From Adineta vaga (taxonomy: Eukaryota; Animalia; Rotifera), in the NCBI GenBank assembly GCA_021613535.1, contig CP075497.1:13454001-13518000 (forward strand): DNA of 64,000 bases, read 5' to 3'. Each line of letters starts with the position of its first letter. Positions within the stretch are counted from its first letter, which is position 1. A program made the position numbers and the translations under genes. Under the pieces are notes generated by a model. It worked only from the letters and a program-made list of their open reading frames with translations, was not told the origin of the DNA and ran no database searches. Below are positions 38,901 through 52,913 of the stretch, one piece after another.

Positions 38901-40376
38901 GGTTTATGTATTCCATATGATGATTTTATGTTTTCAACAAATAATAAATATTTTTGTATTTGTTTAAAAGATTTTAATGATTAACAATGTGAAATAATTA
39001 ATACACAAATTGATTTAATATTTGATAAAAATATTGATTTATCTCATTCAATATTTATTCATTTTATAAGAATTATTTCCAAATCTTTACCATTAAGATT
39101 AACAACTTTACAAACAATATCACAAGCAACAAATTCAATTCGAATTTATTGGTCACAATCATTTCATCTTATGTTTATTGAAACATTAAATAAAATATAT
39201 TATTTAGCTATTATTCAATCAATTTATAATTCTTCAATAAAAATAAATCAAAGAATTACTTTATCACATCGTTGTCCATTAATTATTGAATTAATTAATA
39301 AAACATTTAATCAATTAGATATTCTTCGTCGAATCAAATATTATCATTTAATATGTCAAATACATTCTCCTTATTTACAACAAGTGAATTTGGTTTATCA
39401 CTTGATGCTATTTTAGCTTATCATATTATTCCTCAATTAAATATATTTTATCAAACATTAATTATTAAAATAAGTTTTTTATTAACAATTTTATTTATAA
39501 TTATTGGATTAATTAATGATATTCTTTCATTAATTACATTTAAAAATAAAAATATACGTGAAGTTGGTTGTGGAATTTATTTATTATAGGTTCATCAATA
39601 ACAACAATATTAACAATGATTTTATTTTCATTTCAATACAAATGTTTATACCATCAAATCAATTATTTTTAAAAGTTCAATGTTATTCATTAGATTTTCT
39701 TTTTCGAATTTGTTTAAATATGGATTAATGGTTAAATGCATGTGTAGCATTAGAAAGAGCGACAGCTGTTATTCAAGGTACTCGATTTGTTAGAAAGAAA
39801 AGTAAAAAATGAGCTAAAAAAGTTGTTATTCTTCTTTTTATATTAATTCTAATAACATCAATTCATGATCCAATTTATCGTCGTTTAAAGCGCGAAGAAA
39901 ATGATAATGATAATTATACGACAAGAACTTGGTGTATTTTAAATTATTCATTAAATTTACAAATTTATAATCGAATAATAAATACATTTCATTTTTTTAT
40001 TCCATTTCTTGTTAATTTTATTTCATCAATTATTTTAATAACAAAAAAATCTCATCAAAAATTTCATCTTCATCAAGATCAATCTTATAAAGATATGTTA
40101 TTTCAACAAATTCGTGAACATCAACAATTATTAATTGCACTTGTTATTCTATTTCTTCTTGCATTACCACGTTTAATTATTTCTTATATATCAAAATGTA
40201 TGAATTCAACAACAGATTCTTGGTTATTTCTTTCGGGATATTTTATTTTATTTATTCCACCAATGATTACTTTTCTTATCTTTGTTTTACCATCGGAATT
40301 TTATAGACGCGAATATAGAAAAGCGATTTTACATTATAAAACACAGATTCAACAATTTTTTTCTCAAACATTATAA
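35922..40376 (+). pseudogene. LDL-receptor class A + EGF + 7TM GPCR, intronless, heavily disrupted (AT-rich copy)
   Basis: LDLa motifs (CDGKVDC...DE, CNNGQCI), EGF-like modules, and a 7TM region (EVGCGIYL, VALER, ALPRLII). Many stops and frameshifts. Confidence 0.9.
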
Positions 40377-41875
40377 TATTTAGGTTTACCCAAAATCAGT
40401 GACGAACGTACTTTTTTTCTCATAAATCATTAAAGAAGACTTTATTTTTTTCTTGTTCTTTCTTTCACTGTCATTTTCTTATCTCTCATAATAAAGATGA
40501 AATTGCAATGAGATCTGTAGAATAATCGTGAAAGTATAGAGTTGAAACTGATATCTATTCTTGAACTGTGATGAGTTTCATTGATAGCAAACAGCTGTGC
40601 ATAAGTATACTATTCACGACGCAGCTAACAGATTTAGGCATAGAGAACCTTCAGCAAGTGCATTAAGGCCCAAGGCGATGATTTCTACGACTGGATCCTA
40701 GGTCTTTTCCGGTGAGTTCCGTTAAACAGAAAAAACGTGGACCACGTCGGTATCCCGCAGGAAACCTTCGTAAATTGCATCGTAAACGTAAGGAAACGGA
40801 CCGGAAGAGATCGGATACCGGCGAAAATCATCCCGTATCCGGCAAAGACAGAAATCTCCTAACTATTTACAATTTTTTCAACATATTTCTAAATCTGATT
40901 GCCTTACGATTTAAGATTTATTCCTGCTCTGATTTTTCTAATCAAAACTTCATTTCAGAAAAATCAATCGGATTTAAATCCGATTTGCCATCCCATAAAT
41001 CCTTGTTACTACTACCACAACTTACCCCGAAAGCCACTTGTATGTGCACCTATCAACTGATCTAAATTGATTGAAAGACGATTTAAATCGACTTTTAGTA
41101 AGGTTTTTGTGAAATGGACTGTTCTTTTTGATTTTCCCTGATTTCCCCTGGATTTGGATAGGATCTCGCAGGATTCCATCTGATTTATACATGCCTTTGT
41201 CTGAATAATCTCGGATTTCGTTGGTTTGCTAAGTTCATGCATGAGATACATTGAGTTGCAGTGAAATAAAAGGACAATATATGAAAAAGAGAAAAATATG
41301 CGCTAAACCGAACTTGAACTCCGCATCCTCTGCTATCCGGTTAGATATTCTAGCCAGTTAAAGTAGAAGAGATAAGCCTTTTCGCAGATGAGGGATAGTG
41401 AATAAAGAGACTGACGCATTCACCATTCCCTTGCAGAGAGAAGATCAAACAAGGGTGGCTGCAGTGTGCAACTTCTTCATCGTAGATGTCTGTTTTCTAT
41501 CTCGTCGAGTCTTGAACCCACTGAACGTTATTGATCCTGATGAAAGTAATAGAAAATTAAGATCTGCTGTATCTTTGATGTTAGTAATTCGCGCTTAACT
41601 TCTGTTTCACGTGAGATTAACGGGAAACAAACGGATTTCCAGTCAGAAATCGAGAGAAAGAAAGAAGAGAGCGAAAGAATAGTAAAAAGGATATCTATAA
41701 GTTTAACTTCAGAACCTGAACCCTCACTTAGATTCATAAAAAACGACAAAATAAAAAAAGAAAACTTAGCGGTAACAAAGTACAATACGTGATTATTAAC
41801 ATATCGTTCCCAAGTTTTCAATTCGAAGGCTCTCTTTTTGGTAAAACTTCAGGTTAATTTTAACCATTGGAAACA

Positions 41876-42053
41876 TCTTGAGGGTGTGGGTGAGGGTATA
41901 GGATTGAGGATCTCCGGCATATTGAAACCCACAACCCACTATTTTAGGAAATACCTAAGTTAGGGTAACTGGATGCGCAATGTGGGTGAGACTGAGGTTG
42001 AGATTAAAATAGAATATTAATATATCAATCCCACTCATATCCTCACTCTCACA
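41876..42053. repeat. Pair of telomeric-repeat mini-hairpins (type A 41876-41940, type B 41981-42053)
   Basis: tcttgagggtgtgggtgaggg...gaaacccacaacccac, and tgtgggtgag...ccactcatatcctcactctcaca. Confidence 0.75.
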
Positions 42054-42967
42054 AATGATTCATTCATTTACACATTTATGTTTTTATCAACAAACTGAGA
42101 TGTTTTGTTGGAAACTTTCAACTTATGTCTTTCATCTTCAAATAAAGGAAGTAGTTGAGAGAGAAAAAACGAGTTGCTTCCGTTCTACAATTGTATTTAT
42201 GGTTACAATCATTTCATTCCGTTTTGAATTACTTTTATCATTAGAATAAAGGTATATCTGATCAAAAGAAGAAGCTAACCTTAAATAATGATCCCAAAGA
42301 TCGACCTATTTAGTGATCGGTTAAATAAAATAATGCGACTGGAAGATGAATACAAAGAGAAAAGTTGTGTACGTGAAGTAATCCATGGCTTATACGATGA
42401 TCATCAAGGTAATAAACGCGAAGAACAAGGAGATCATGATAGAGCTAAATTGGAAGAAGATCGTGCACAACAATAGTATGATAAATTTCGATCTAAAAAT
42501 AAATGATCAACAAACAGCTTCATTAAACGAAATCAATATAAAAGTTTTTTATTTTATTTATTCTTGTTTTATTTTGATATATTATCACGATTTAAGATCA
42601 TAATAAAATATATTCTTTAACTTACGCTGATGTGTTATTTCCAACAAAATTCTTGCTTAAAAAACATGCAACGTTGTACTTTTTTATATTCTAACTGTAT
42701 TATATCCGTAGAAATTCTCGATTCTAATCCGGGAATAAATAGGTGTATATGAGTCATGGGGAAAAAGTGAGACTTCTAGAGATTTTACGAAAAACAAATT
42801 GTAATTTTCTTTTCCGATCATAAAATAGTGAAATGTCTTTTTTTTTCATTCGTATCAGTTGATATACTTTCTCTAACATATAAAAACTCCATTAAAATTA
42901 TTTTCTTACGTGTTATAAATGATGCTATTTCGTCGCTGTATCGGTATACGAAAAACTTTCAACGCAA

Positions 42968-44760
42968 ATGATGACGATGACAATCATCAAAGAGCAACTT
43001 GTAATATTTATCGTCTTCTTCGTCGAAAAAAAAACATCCAAACAAATATCTCAATTGGAAATATTACCAAACGAAATGATCTTAACAATATTTGAATATC
43101 TATATTGTCATGATATTATATACGCATTTAATAAACTTAATGATCGTTTTCAATTCTTATTAGAAACATATCGATATTATCATTTGAATATATCAAATGA
43201 AACAATGAAAACAAAATTTGATCTTATACGACAACTACAAATTAATATTGAACATATTAAATCTTTGACTTTATCAAATGAAAATAAGAAATCATTTATC
43301 ACAATTGAACAATGTTTAATATATTATCCTATTGATTTGTTTTATAGAAATCTTTTATCATTATCATTATTTGATGACAATAATACACGATTATTAATTC
43401 TTATTTCCTTCTTACCAAATTTTCAACAATTGAAATATTTATCAATATCGAGTGAAAATTTTAATCTATTGATTTCCGATGAGATTCCTCAAATAATATT
43501 ATTCGAAATAAAAACATTAAAACATTTCATCTGGAATTCGTCGGCATACTTTTTCTGTAATCGAAAGAATTTGGAATCGTTTGTCGAAAAATCAACAATT
43601 GAATATTATGAATTTGAATTATTCATTTTTGAAGATTTCCATTGTCTTGAATCATTGTCATTCAATATGAAATCATTGATTATCGGACAACTTTTCTATA
43701 ATCTATTCAACTGGCTTCCACAACAAACCTTGCAAACATTGGTATCTCTAAAAATCAACGACACTCTAAAGCTAGCTGATTTTTATCTTATGTTCAAGAA
43801 TCTCTCTTGTTTAATTCATTTAGAATTAGCTAGTGTACTAACAGAAGGGACTTATCTTAATGATGGTTATGAATGGCAAAAATCTATTGAACAACATATG
43901 CCATTATTGAAAGTCTTCAAATTTTTTTTCACTTTTCAATGTAGGTCGATATTTATGCTTGATGAGATTATCGACTCTTTTGCTACTGATTTTTGGTTGA
44001 TTGAAAAAAATGGTTCGTCAATTTAGAATACCAACTTACAAACGAATATACATATTTATATACGATACCTTGTATTAAAACAAAATTGGAATATAAGGGT
44101 TCATTGCAAAGAAAATCAACAGTAAAGACATCAGTTATGAATTATATTCAAGAATTAACACTAATATCGATTAGAACGGAAGATTTTATATCAATTCAGC
44201 GTTTTAACAATGTTCAATCATTGACCTTAACAACGATTATTGGTGAAATATCATATGAACAGATGAATTCGTTTATAAATATGTCATCAATTAAATATTT
44301 CAAATTTGAATATGATATTAATGGAAAATTGTTCTTTGATATATTAAAATATCATCCAACGCAGGTGTCTGTTGAAATAAGAATACAGAATTATTTAGAA
44401 GAAATCACACGAGTGAAGAAAAGTTCTCGTAAACATTTGAAAAAGATCAGATCACTAGTGTTTGATGGACTTTATGTCTATCCTATCTTTTCACAAGCCG
44501 AACATGTTGAGAACATTTCTCTCTATCATCCAAATCTAGAAGAATTAGTTATTGCCGGTGCAGTAATATCAATACGGGACATTATATTTCTACTGAATAA
44601 TTTGAAACGCTTATCTTTTTTAAAAGCTAAGTGTAACGATTTACCAGAATTGAATCCATGGGAAGATCTTCATACATGGTTAATCAATCAAGACATTAAA
44701 GTAGACAAAACTTTCGTTTATAAACAATATGACGATTTCATTTACTTATGGATCGGTTAA
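42968..44760 (+). CDS. F-box/LRR protein with a single -1 frameshift in the A7 run at 44004-44010 (pseudogene or sequencing error)
   Basis: F-box LEILPNEMILTIFEYL...YAFNKLNDRF. Adding one A gives FWLIEKKWFV...YLYTIP and joins the two ORFs. Confidence 0.8.
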
Positions 44761-44805
44761 TAATATTGACTTATTTTTAAAAGAATAACGAAACAGTCAA
44801 TAAAA

Positions 44806-44947
44806 GGGAGAAGGTGAGGATGTGGATGAGGGTGAGATCAAGATCAAGATCAAGATAGAATATTTCAACATCAATTTCACTCATACCATCTTGAGGGTGT
44901 GGGTGTGGGATTGAGGATCCCCACTATATTGAAACCCACACTCTCAA
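44806..44947. repeat. Pair of telomeric-repeat mini-hairpins (type B 44806-44887, type A 44888-44947)
   Basis: The spacers match those at 41876-42053: gattgaggat...atattgaaacccaca and atagaatatt...atcaat..cactcata. Confidence 0.75.
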
Positions 44948-44996
44948 TATACAGTAAACAAAATGATAATATCTGCGAATTATTCTATTGAAATAC

Positions 44997-45953
44997 TTAT
45001 ACATATGGATTTATTTGATTACGCTGTTGCCAGAAGAAGATTTTTTCTTTCATTGTTCGACGAAAACGACCCGATGAAATGAAAAACACATAAAAACTAC
45101 CCTAAACGAAAAAACATCAATAACATAAAATAATAACTTAATGGAAACATAAACATACTGCATAATACAAATAAGTTAATATACTAAGAAATGAAATTGA
45201 AAAATATTCATTTATTAATCGATTAGAATCTTTTTCCATATTTACTGTTAATAAATTATACGTTATAATAAATGCATATGGAACTGCAGTAATAATAATG
45301 AGTATAACTTGACACATTGTCATTTTAATCAATTGTTGATCAATAGGAATACGTATTGTATGAATATTACGATGAGTTAAATATGCAAATATAATCATAA
45401 ATATAAGTGGACCAATACTATTTAAACAAAATGCATATATTGAGATATAAATAGAAAAACCTCGATTAACATTTATACATGTGTTTGTCATTGATGATAT
45501 TTCATAAAATATTAATGAAGGAATTCCATGAAATAAACAAATAATAATTAAAATACAAATAATTCGATGAGTTAATTTAATATTACTTAAACGACGAATA
45601 CGAACATGTCTTGATGTTACAAAAAATTGATCAATTGAAGATAAACATGAACATGTAAATGTAAATAAACCCATTGTATTTATAAAATATTCTCGTATTT
45701 TACACCAATATATGGATGTTCGAGTTAAATCAATACCAAAACCAACACTAACAATACGAGAAGTAAGATTAATCAACAAAAATAAAAGACAATCGATGGA
45801 ATTAACAAGAAAATAGAAGGAACAAGATGTTTGACGATATGATCGAACGCTTGAAAAGATGAAAATGTTGAGAATATTTCCAATTAAACCAAAAAAAAGA
45901 AGAAATATACCGAGATAAATTGTTATTTGTTGATTTATATATAATAGTGACAT
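44997..45953 (-). CDS. Rhodopsin-like 7TM GPCR; exons 45953-45159 and 45101-44997
   Basis: GLIGNILN in TM1, WCKIR, SIDQF. Phase-0 intron 45158-45102. Exon 2 reads GSFYVFFISSGRFRR...YV*. Confidence 0.85.
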
Positions 45954-46595
45954 TCTTTTTGAATAAACGATTTTATACCTATAATGTAAAATATTTCTTC
46001 ACTTCTCGTTTATTAAATAAAAGCAAGATATGAAACTATCAATTATAGATATCAACCGAGAAAAAAAAGGAAATTAACTTAACGGAAGCGAATAGATTAA
46101 AAATTATTAAAGGTAGAAATGAAAGCATTAGTTTGACATGCATGACTCAAAAATAATACATACTCATATACCTTACCCATCTACGAATGAGTTCGTAAAA
46201 ATACTATGTAAATTAAATTTTAAAAAATAAGTATATGAAACATTATCGTATATTCTTTCCCTAAAATATATTATGTACTATGATTCAATTAGACGTTTTG
46301 TGAAAATAGTTCTAACTAAAATTCCTTTTAAAAGAATATAATTATGAATATAGTATACTTCGTACAAAAGCAATATATTATTGGTATCCTCATCATCCTA
46401 TATAAATCTTTAAAAACAAACGATAACAAAAGATTGAAAGTTCTCGTGTACATTTTCTAATACTAATAGAAGTCACGATATTATATTCTTTTGTTCTCTA
46501 AATGAGATAAATAATGAAACGATGCGCAAAGATAAGAATATTGTCTTCACATAAAAAGTGTATCTACCCAAACGTATATTTGTTAAAAAAGAAAG

Positions 46596-47549
46596 ATGCA
46601 TATGTTGTTTGTGATATCAATCTGCTTCATTAGCATAATTGATGTGAATAAAAACCCAATTACCTATGCTTATGTTCGTAGTAGACTCTGTGAAGTTGAT
46701 TATAATCATTGATCAGTTATTATAAATGGTATTCGAACAATGCTTATATCAGGTGCTATTCGTTATCCTCGTTTCACGCCAGATACGTGACCTTATTTAA
46801 TGAAAATGGCTAAAAATCAAGGACTCAATACAATTCAAACATATACACTTTGGAATATTCATAAACTAAAACAAGGTATTCTCGATTTTAGTAGTCCCGT
46901 TAATCTAAGTCGTTTTCTTGAAGACGCAATGAATGCTGATTTATTTGTTAATTGACGTATTGGCCTTTGTATATATGGTGTATGGAATTATAGCCGATGA
47001 ACAGCATGGATTAATCAAATGTCAAAACTATCAATTCGTTCTAATAATGGACGATGGAAAGATTTAATGCGTAGATTTATGTTGAATTTAGTTGATCATA
47101 TCACGCCTTATCTTGCTTAAAATGATGGTCTAGTTATTCTTATTCAAATCAAAAATGAATATCATACAAATGATCAAGGTTATTTTCAATGGTGTTGTGA
47201 TTTAGTCAGTAATGAATTTTCATCTGCAAAACTTCTTTGGATAATGTGCAATGCTTATTCAGCTAATTTAACAATTGAAACATGCAATTCATGAAACTGT
47301 TTAGATGGTGATGGGATAAAGAATCACCGTCAAACAGTTCTTGATCGACCTAGGCCGTTTACTGAGAATGAAGGGTGAGATTAATCGTGAGGAAAATCTG
47401 TATCTATACGTACAGCATCTGATGTTACTTATTCAGTTGCTGAATGATTTGCTGATGGTGGTGCTTATCACGCTTATTATATGTGGTATGACAGAAATAA
47501 TTATGGACATACAGCGGATTCATGAATTACAACAACGTATGCAAATGGG
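46596..47549 (+). pseudogene. Glycoside hydrolase family 35 beta-galactosidase, plant/protist-like, 5' half
   Basis: LISGAIRYPR, KNQGLNTIQTY..WN.H, LFVN*RIG, ILIQIKNEY, WIMC, FTENEG, YYMW...NYG. Multiple stops; truncated at ~47549. Confidence 0.85.
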
Positions 47550-47683
47550 TGTGAGGGAGAATACAAGAGACCCACAGAACTTTGATCACACTGACGGCTG
47601 CTATCTATCTAATCAAAGAGGAGCACATGAGCAGGATAGGTAAAGCATTCATTGAAACTTCTTTAAAGTGAGAGAAAACTGTT

Positions 47684-50600
47684 TTACGAGTGTCGAAAAC
47701 GTCTCAGTATATTAGTTCGATAGCGCGTAACAGTCGTGTGAAAGTTTTTTTTGTAGCATTTCGACGGTACGACGAAGATCACGAACGTAAGTATCGGTGG
47801 CAGTAGAGAAATGAAGTATCCGGCCACAAATAGCCACGGGCTGTCGTTTAGCTTCATACATCCGGTCGTGAACGAAATAATCAGACGTGGGATGGCCAGA
47901 ATAACGAGCAGAACCGGCGCGATAAACAGATTTCGATGTTGTTGATAGTTTTCTTGGAGAATTGCCCAGCGGGAACGTTTGTCTTGCATGGTGGCTTGTT
48001 GGGCAGATTTCATGAGCAGCAGGATGGCTGCTGCAACAAGATTGATGACAAATGGAGCGAACAATTGAAACGTATTGATGACTGAATTGAACAATTGTAA
48101 ACCGGTCGAAAAGCTAACAACACACCAAGTACGTTTCTCATCGTCTTGATAATCACCGCCTTCGTCAAGCAAATGCCGATGGATAGGATCATGAATCGAT
48201 GAAGCCATCATGAATATCACGAGAAGAGGGATCATGACTTTGGCCGCTTGCCTGCTATTCTTTTTGACAAATTTCGTACCCTTGATTATGGTGAATGCTC
48301 GCTCGCTAGCGACGCATGCGTTCAACCATTGATCCATACCCAGACAAACACGCAATGGATCTGCAGGAATAATCGATTGGATATAACAGACATTTGCGCA
48401 AGTATGAGTATCCCAAACTTCAATCCGAACAGTAGCACGACCAGCAGCGTCGTGATCGATGAGCCATAGAGATAGATGCCGCAGCCGACATCATGCAGAC
48501 TGGCACTCTGAAATGTAATCAAGGACAGAACACCATTGATAAAACCAGCCGTTATCAGGATGAGAGCCAATACTAAGCTGATTTTCACCACATTCGAGTG
48601 CCGTAGGAGGCTAACATGCGGGAGAATGTAGTAACCGAGGATATTATCGATGGATAAGCTGAGACCACTGCTAGTAAACTGACATTGCTTGCCATAATAA
48701 CACGTTTGACAAGAACACATAAATCTCTGCGCACAGGTTGCCCCGTCTTGAAAGCATTGCCCTCCGTTTTTGCACTCATTCTGACCTGAACAATCGAACG
48801 TCATACTGTAGTTGAATTCCAAGCATTTTGACAAGCGTTTTCGCAGGTCATTATAACAGAAGCACAGATAAATATCATCAAAAAAGCACGTGAGATCTGG
48901 TGAGTAGTCTTGACAAAGCAGTTGATAGAATTTTATTCGACGATAGTTTGATTGAACAATTCACTGATATGCCAGCAGCGATCCGACGAACGTATCATCT
49001 TATGTATTGGTGTCGATCGACTGTAAGTCTCTTGAACTGAAATTAAATAGTATGTGTTCTTGGGCATTTCAATAATAGCTATGTGAAATGGTTGTGACCG
49101 TTGAATAACGACTGAATTTTGTAGCAACGACATCTTTTTAAAGGCAGTCGCCCGGACGGGTTTCGCGTCGTATTTTGCTTCGATAAAATGAACGAATATC
49201 GAATGTGATACAGCAACGTCGTTGCCGAATGAGAGCATTATGGCACGATCGGGTATTTCACATCGATCACCGCTGAAGCCTGTTCGACAGATGCACGCAA
49301 ACCGTTCTTCTGCAGGCAGATATTCATCGAGTGGAATGCAGGTACCACTATTTTCACATACAGACCGACCTTCGACTGTACACACGTTCTCAACGAGGAG
49401 ACAACGAGGACCAAATTTATGTACCGGACACAGACAAATCGATCGTTGATCAGCAGAAATACCAATACAAACCGAATCGGACGAACACGTACAATTGTAC
49501 TGAATGGTACAATCGTGTCCGAACCAACCGGCTTCACATTGACAAAAATCGTTCGTTCGTTGTTCGTTTAGATATGTTACGCACTTACCATGACCGCATG
49601 AGCGAGTTGTACAGTAATGTGCGTTGTCGAGATCACTACGAGGAATATGTACGGTGACTGATAGAAAGTGCACAGGTAAAACTCGCGCAGTCATTGGAAC
49701 CAAAACTCGTCCACGATACGTTGATGCCGTTTTATCATAGATGTCAATATGACCGGCATAGTTGCTCGTTTGATTCTTTCGTCGAGACGCATAAGTCAAG
49801 TGGCTAAAAAATCTCTGCTTACAATCTCGAGCTGCTAGGTAGGTGAACTGTTCAAACGAATGGACTGTTCGTGCATCACTGTCATCAACGAGCGAAATCA
49901 CGATGGTAAATGGTGTGTGACTAGAATATGGCCATGTTCGGAAGGTGACATTCAGCCTCACACGTTGATTTTGATATTGGCAACGATCCCCATAATAACT
50001 CGGCGGACAGAGACAAGTAATCGATGGTTGTCTGGTTGCGTTGTCCAACCAAACGCGCAAGTGAAGACCGCGATGGCATCGCGCATGTGGTAGAAACCGT
50101 ATGTTGTCAACAGCAGAGAAATCTGTACTTTCTACTCTTTTATTATTATTCATACCGATTACATCAGTTCTGCTTCTGTTACGGATGGTAAAATATACAA
50201 CACGCCATGGATCCACGACGTGCATGCTATCGAAGATCTCTTTGTGGAATGTCGTACAGAATCGCTCGTCGTCATTGTTGTCGCAGGATGACCTATTGTC
50301 ACATAGGTGGAAGGATGAGAGACAAAGGCCAGTATGCTGACTGACACAGTAAAATCGAATTTCGTGTTCACGATATGTTCGTTGACACAGTGCGCGCTCA
50401 TCAATAGCACCTAGACAATCAATTACGCCGTCATTCGCTCTCTTGACGGGTAAACACATGAGTGTGTTCTCACGCAGAGAAACACATACATGCTCATCGG
50501 CAGCGCATTTTAATGGTGGCAGGAGATCACAGGTAAGTTCGTCTTCGCCATTCAAACAATTTCACATCCCATTGCATCGTGTGTATACATTATTGCATTC

Positions 50601-52103
50601 CCATCGTTCGCATTCCGTTTCATCGGTTTCATTTCGTCTATCAATAAGCACCGGTGACAGTGTCGTCAGTCCGTTGCATACTGTTCGAAAGGAAAAGTGC
50701 TTTCCTGGCCTTCTCACAATCATTCCTGCCTCGACATAACAGCCATCGCATAAATCAATCTCTTCTGCGGTAAAATTCTTTACGTTGAACAAAAGCCGGT
50801 CCTCATCATCATGGAGGGGACAAAAGATTGTGCCGTCGTCAAGGCCGAATGAGGAGATGTACTTCGTCGAATTGAGACATTGGTATACGTCCGTTCCAAT
50901 ATAGTCTGCGAAAGTGTAATTGACCTTGCCTCTGTATCTCTGTAGTAACTGCTTTCTTTGACTAAGATAGAATTCGTCCAAATGCTCTCTCCGACCCCAA
51001 GGGACTGTGAAGACGTTCCGATAGCAAGGGGTGCCATGGAACAATACTTTGAGCTGGTTTTCGAAATATCTATCATATCGAGAGTCATTACAGCATAAAA
51101 AGGGACCTTGAAATCTGCCATGTACGAACGACTTGGAATCATTTTTCGTATAAGCAAGATAAATATAGAACATGTCGGGACATACCTCGTCGATGATGCC
51201 GAGACATTTCTCATCCATACAAGCATTGTTGCACATAGACTTGAAATCGAAGGACGTGAAAAGAACGCATTTGAAGGCGGACCAACATGTCTCAGATACA
51301 TTCGGAGGTGACCTAGTAAATAACGCTTTGAATAATTTCTTGGAACGCGTGTTCGAGCAAGAAATTGTCAATGGTGACCGTCGACAGACGAGCTCGTCGC
51401 ATAGAAATGTTTCTTTATCTTCATGACAAGCGGTGGTTTCAGGTCTTTCATGTTGATAATCGTGAGGTTCATCGAGGTCTAATTCCCGGCAATGCTGTTC
51501 GTCGGCTCCGTCAAAACAATGTGGCTCACCGTCACAGATTTCAGTCCAATCCAAGCAGGCTGGAAAAGGGCCACGATTGCAGGACATGTGTACATAACAC
51601 GTTAGATCGTCTGAATCGTATTCTTCATAGACTATTTTAATGATCTGTGCTAAAGTAGCCGTGAAAGGTAAATCAGGATAATCCCATTTATATTGGCATA
51701 GAGGACCAAATCTAGGCAATGTGCAGTTGTAGAAGAGTTCCATTGCCATGGCTGCATCGGACGAGACCGATACTTGATTTGAATAGAACTGATAACGTTC
51801 AGTAACGTCAATTGGGGCTGACCATCGGTATAGCTGTTCACTGGTGATGCCTTCTTTCGAAAGATCAACGAAAGTAAACTTGGACGCAGACTGATCATCC
51901 GAGAGATTGGACTTCAACGGCAGTTCATTCAGACAAAACGAGATTATCTGATGGTATGGATTGAAAGTCGCACGCAAGCAATCGTATTGTGATGCACGAT
52001 CGACTTCATTGCTTACTTTGTGCGTTCGATAAAGATTGATTTGAGGTACAGCAACGATCCCATGAAAAAGTATGAAACAGAACAGAATCTGCACTGCCGA
52101 CAT
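47684..52103 (-). pseudogene. LDLa + EGF + 7TM GPCR, intronless, GC-rich copy with few lesions
   Basis: Collinear with 35922-40376 (PQI, CTLPRFG, CLDWTEICDG, CHRGL.LRVWL, DVGCGIYL, ASER). TGA at 50562 sits at a position that is W in the paralog. Frame breaks at ~48930 and ~48340. Confidence 0.9.
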
Positions 52104-52413
52104 TCTCTATTTTGCCTACCTATATGATCTGCTCTTTGTAACGCTCGCTTTTATCGCATGCTCAGAACGTTGTCGTCATATAGAGAAAAAAAGCATGCTT
52201 TCATTAGAGTTAACTTGCTTGTTCCGTTGCGTTAATTTCTCCATCTGCTTGCTCGCGCAAATTCAAAAAAATCCTTTCGCACTGATTCTGAACGCTTGCC
52301 ATTAACGCAGTTCCGAGTCAACATATTTGTTGGTCTTGCTTGGTACGTGTATGTACGGTACTCGTCCGGCGTCTTCTGGCATCCTCGCTCTGCGGGATAT
52401 ATGACACCAGTCA

Positions 52414-52619
52414 CTTGATGTTGAGTTTGACGAAACAACAAGTGATGGACGTGAAGTTAAAGTTTGTTGATAGAGATTTATTAAGTTTTTTCTCCTATTT
52501 GATATTTTTGGACATATCTTCGAATTGAAGATAATGCATTAGAACATACAATGCGAGATAAAGATGGAAAAGAATGTTTAGCAATTCGTTATATAAAAGA
52601 TCACGGTTTACAACAAGCT
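52414..52619 (+). pseudogene. Fatty-acid-binding protein (FABP) relic, 5'-truncated
   Basis: LDVEFDETTSDGREVK followed by a GT donor at the classic FABP intron position, then EDNALEHTMRDKDGKECLAIRYI. Confidence 0.7.
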
Positions 52620-52859
52620 GTAAGTTTTATTTAATTTCTTCTTATTTTTTACAATCAATATATTTATATAAGATTTAAATTGTGGTTCGGTACAAACCCA
52701 TCGTTGATTCAAACCTGTCGAATAAATAATGACGTTTACACCAATATGTTCAAGAAACATAAACTTGTATCCTATATTCTTGAATAGTTTTTCTTTGGTC
52801 ATTCAATATTAACATGCATGAAAAATATCCTCTGACATAAAGAATTCGAAACTATAGAA

Positions 52860-52913
52860 TGTGGGTGAGTGGTTGAATGTGAACAAGAAAGATACACCCG
52901 CACCCCTTAAGAT
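52860..52913. repeat. Telomeric-repeat mini-hairpin
   Basis: tgtgggtgagtggttg...cacccgcaccccttaagat. Confidence 0.6.

Noticed and set aside
40668-41600. GC-richer repeat-like stretch with ccgg motifs and short ORFs
   Set aside because: Probably TE remnants, but no matching TIR pair or TSD could be established.
2966-50564. In-frame TGA at Cys/Trp-like positions (2966, 25535, 50562) suggesting selenocysteine or recoding
   Set aside because: The same genes also carry TAA/TAG stops and/or frameshifts, so ordinary pseudogenisation explains them.
48010-52528. Numerous overlapping short ORFs in the GC-rich block
   Set aside because: These are alternative-frame and antisense by-products of higher GC over the LDLa-GPCR.
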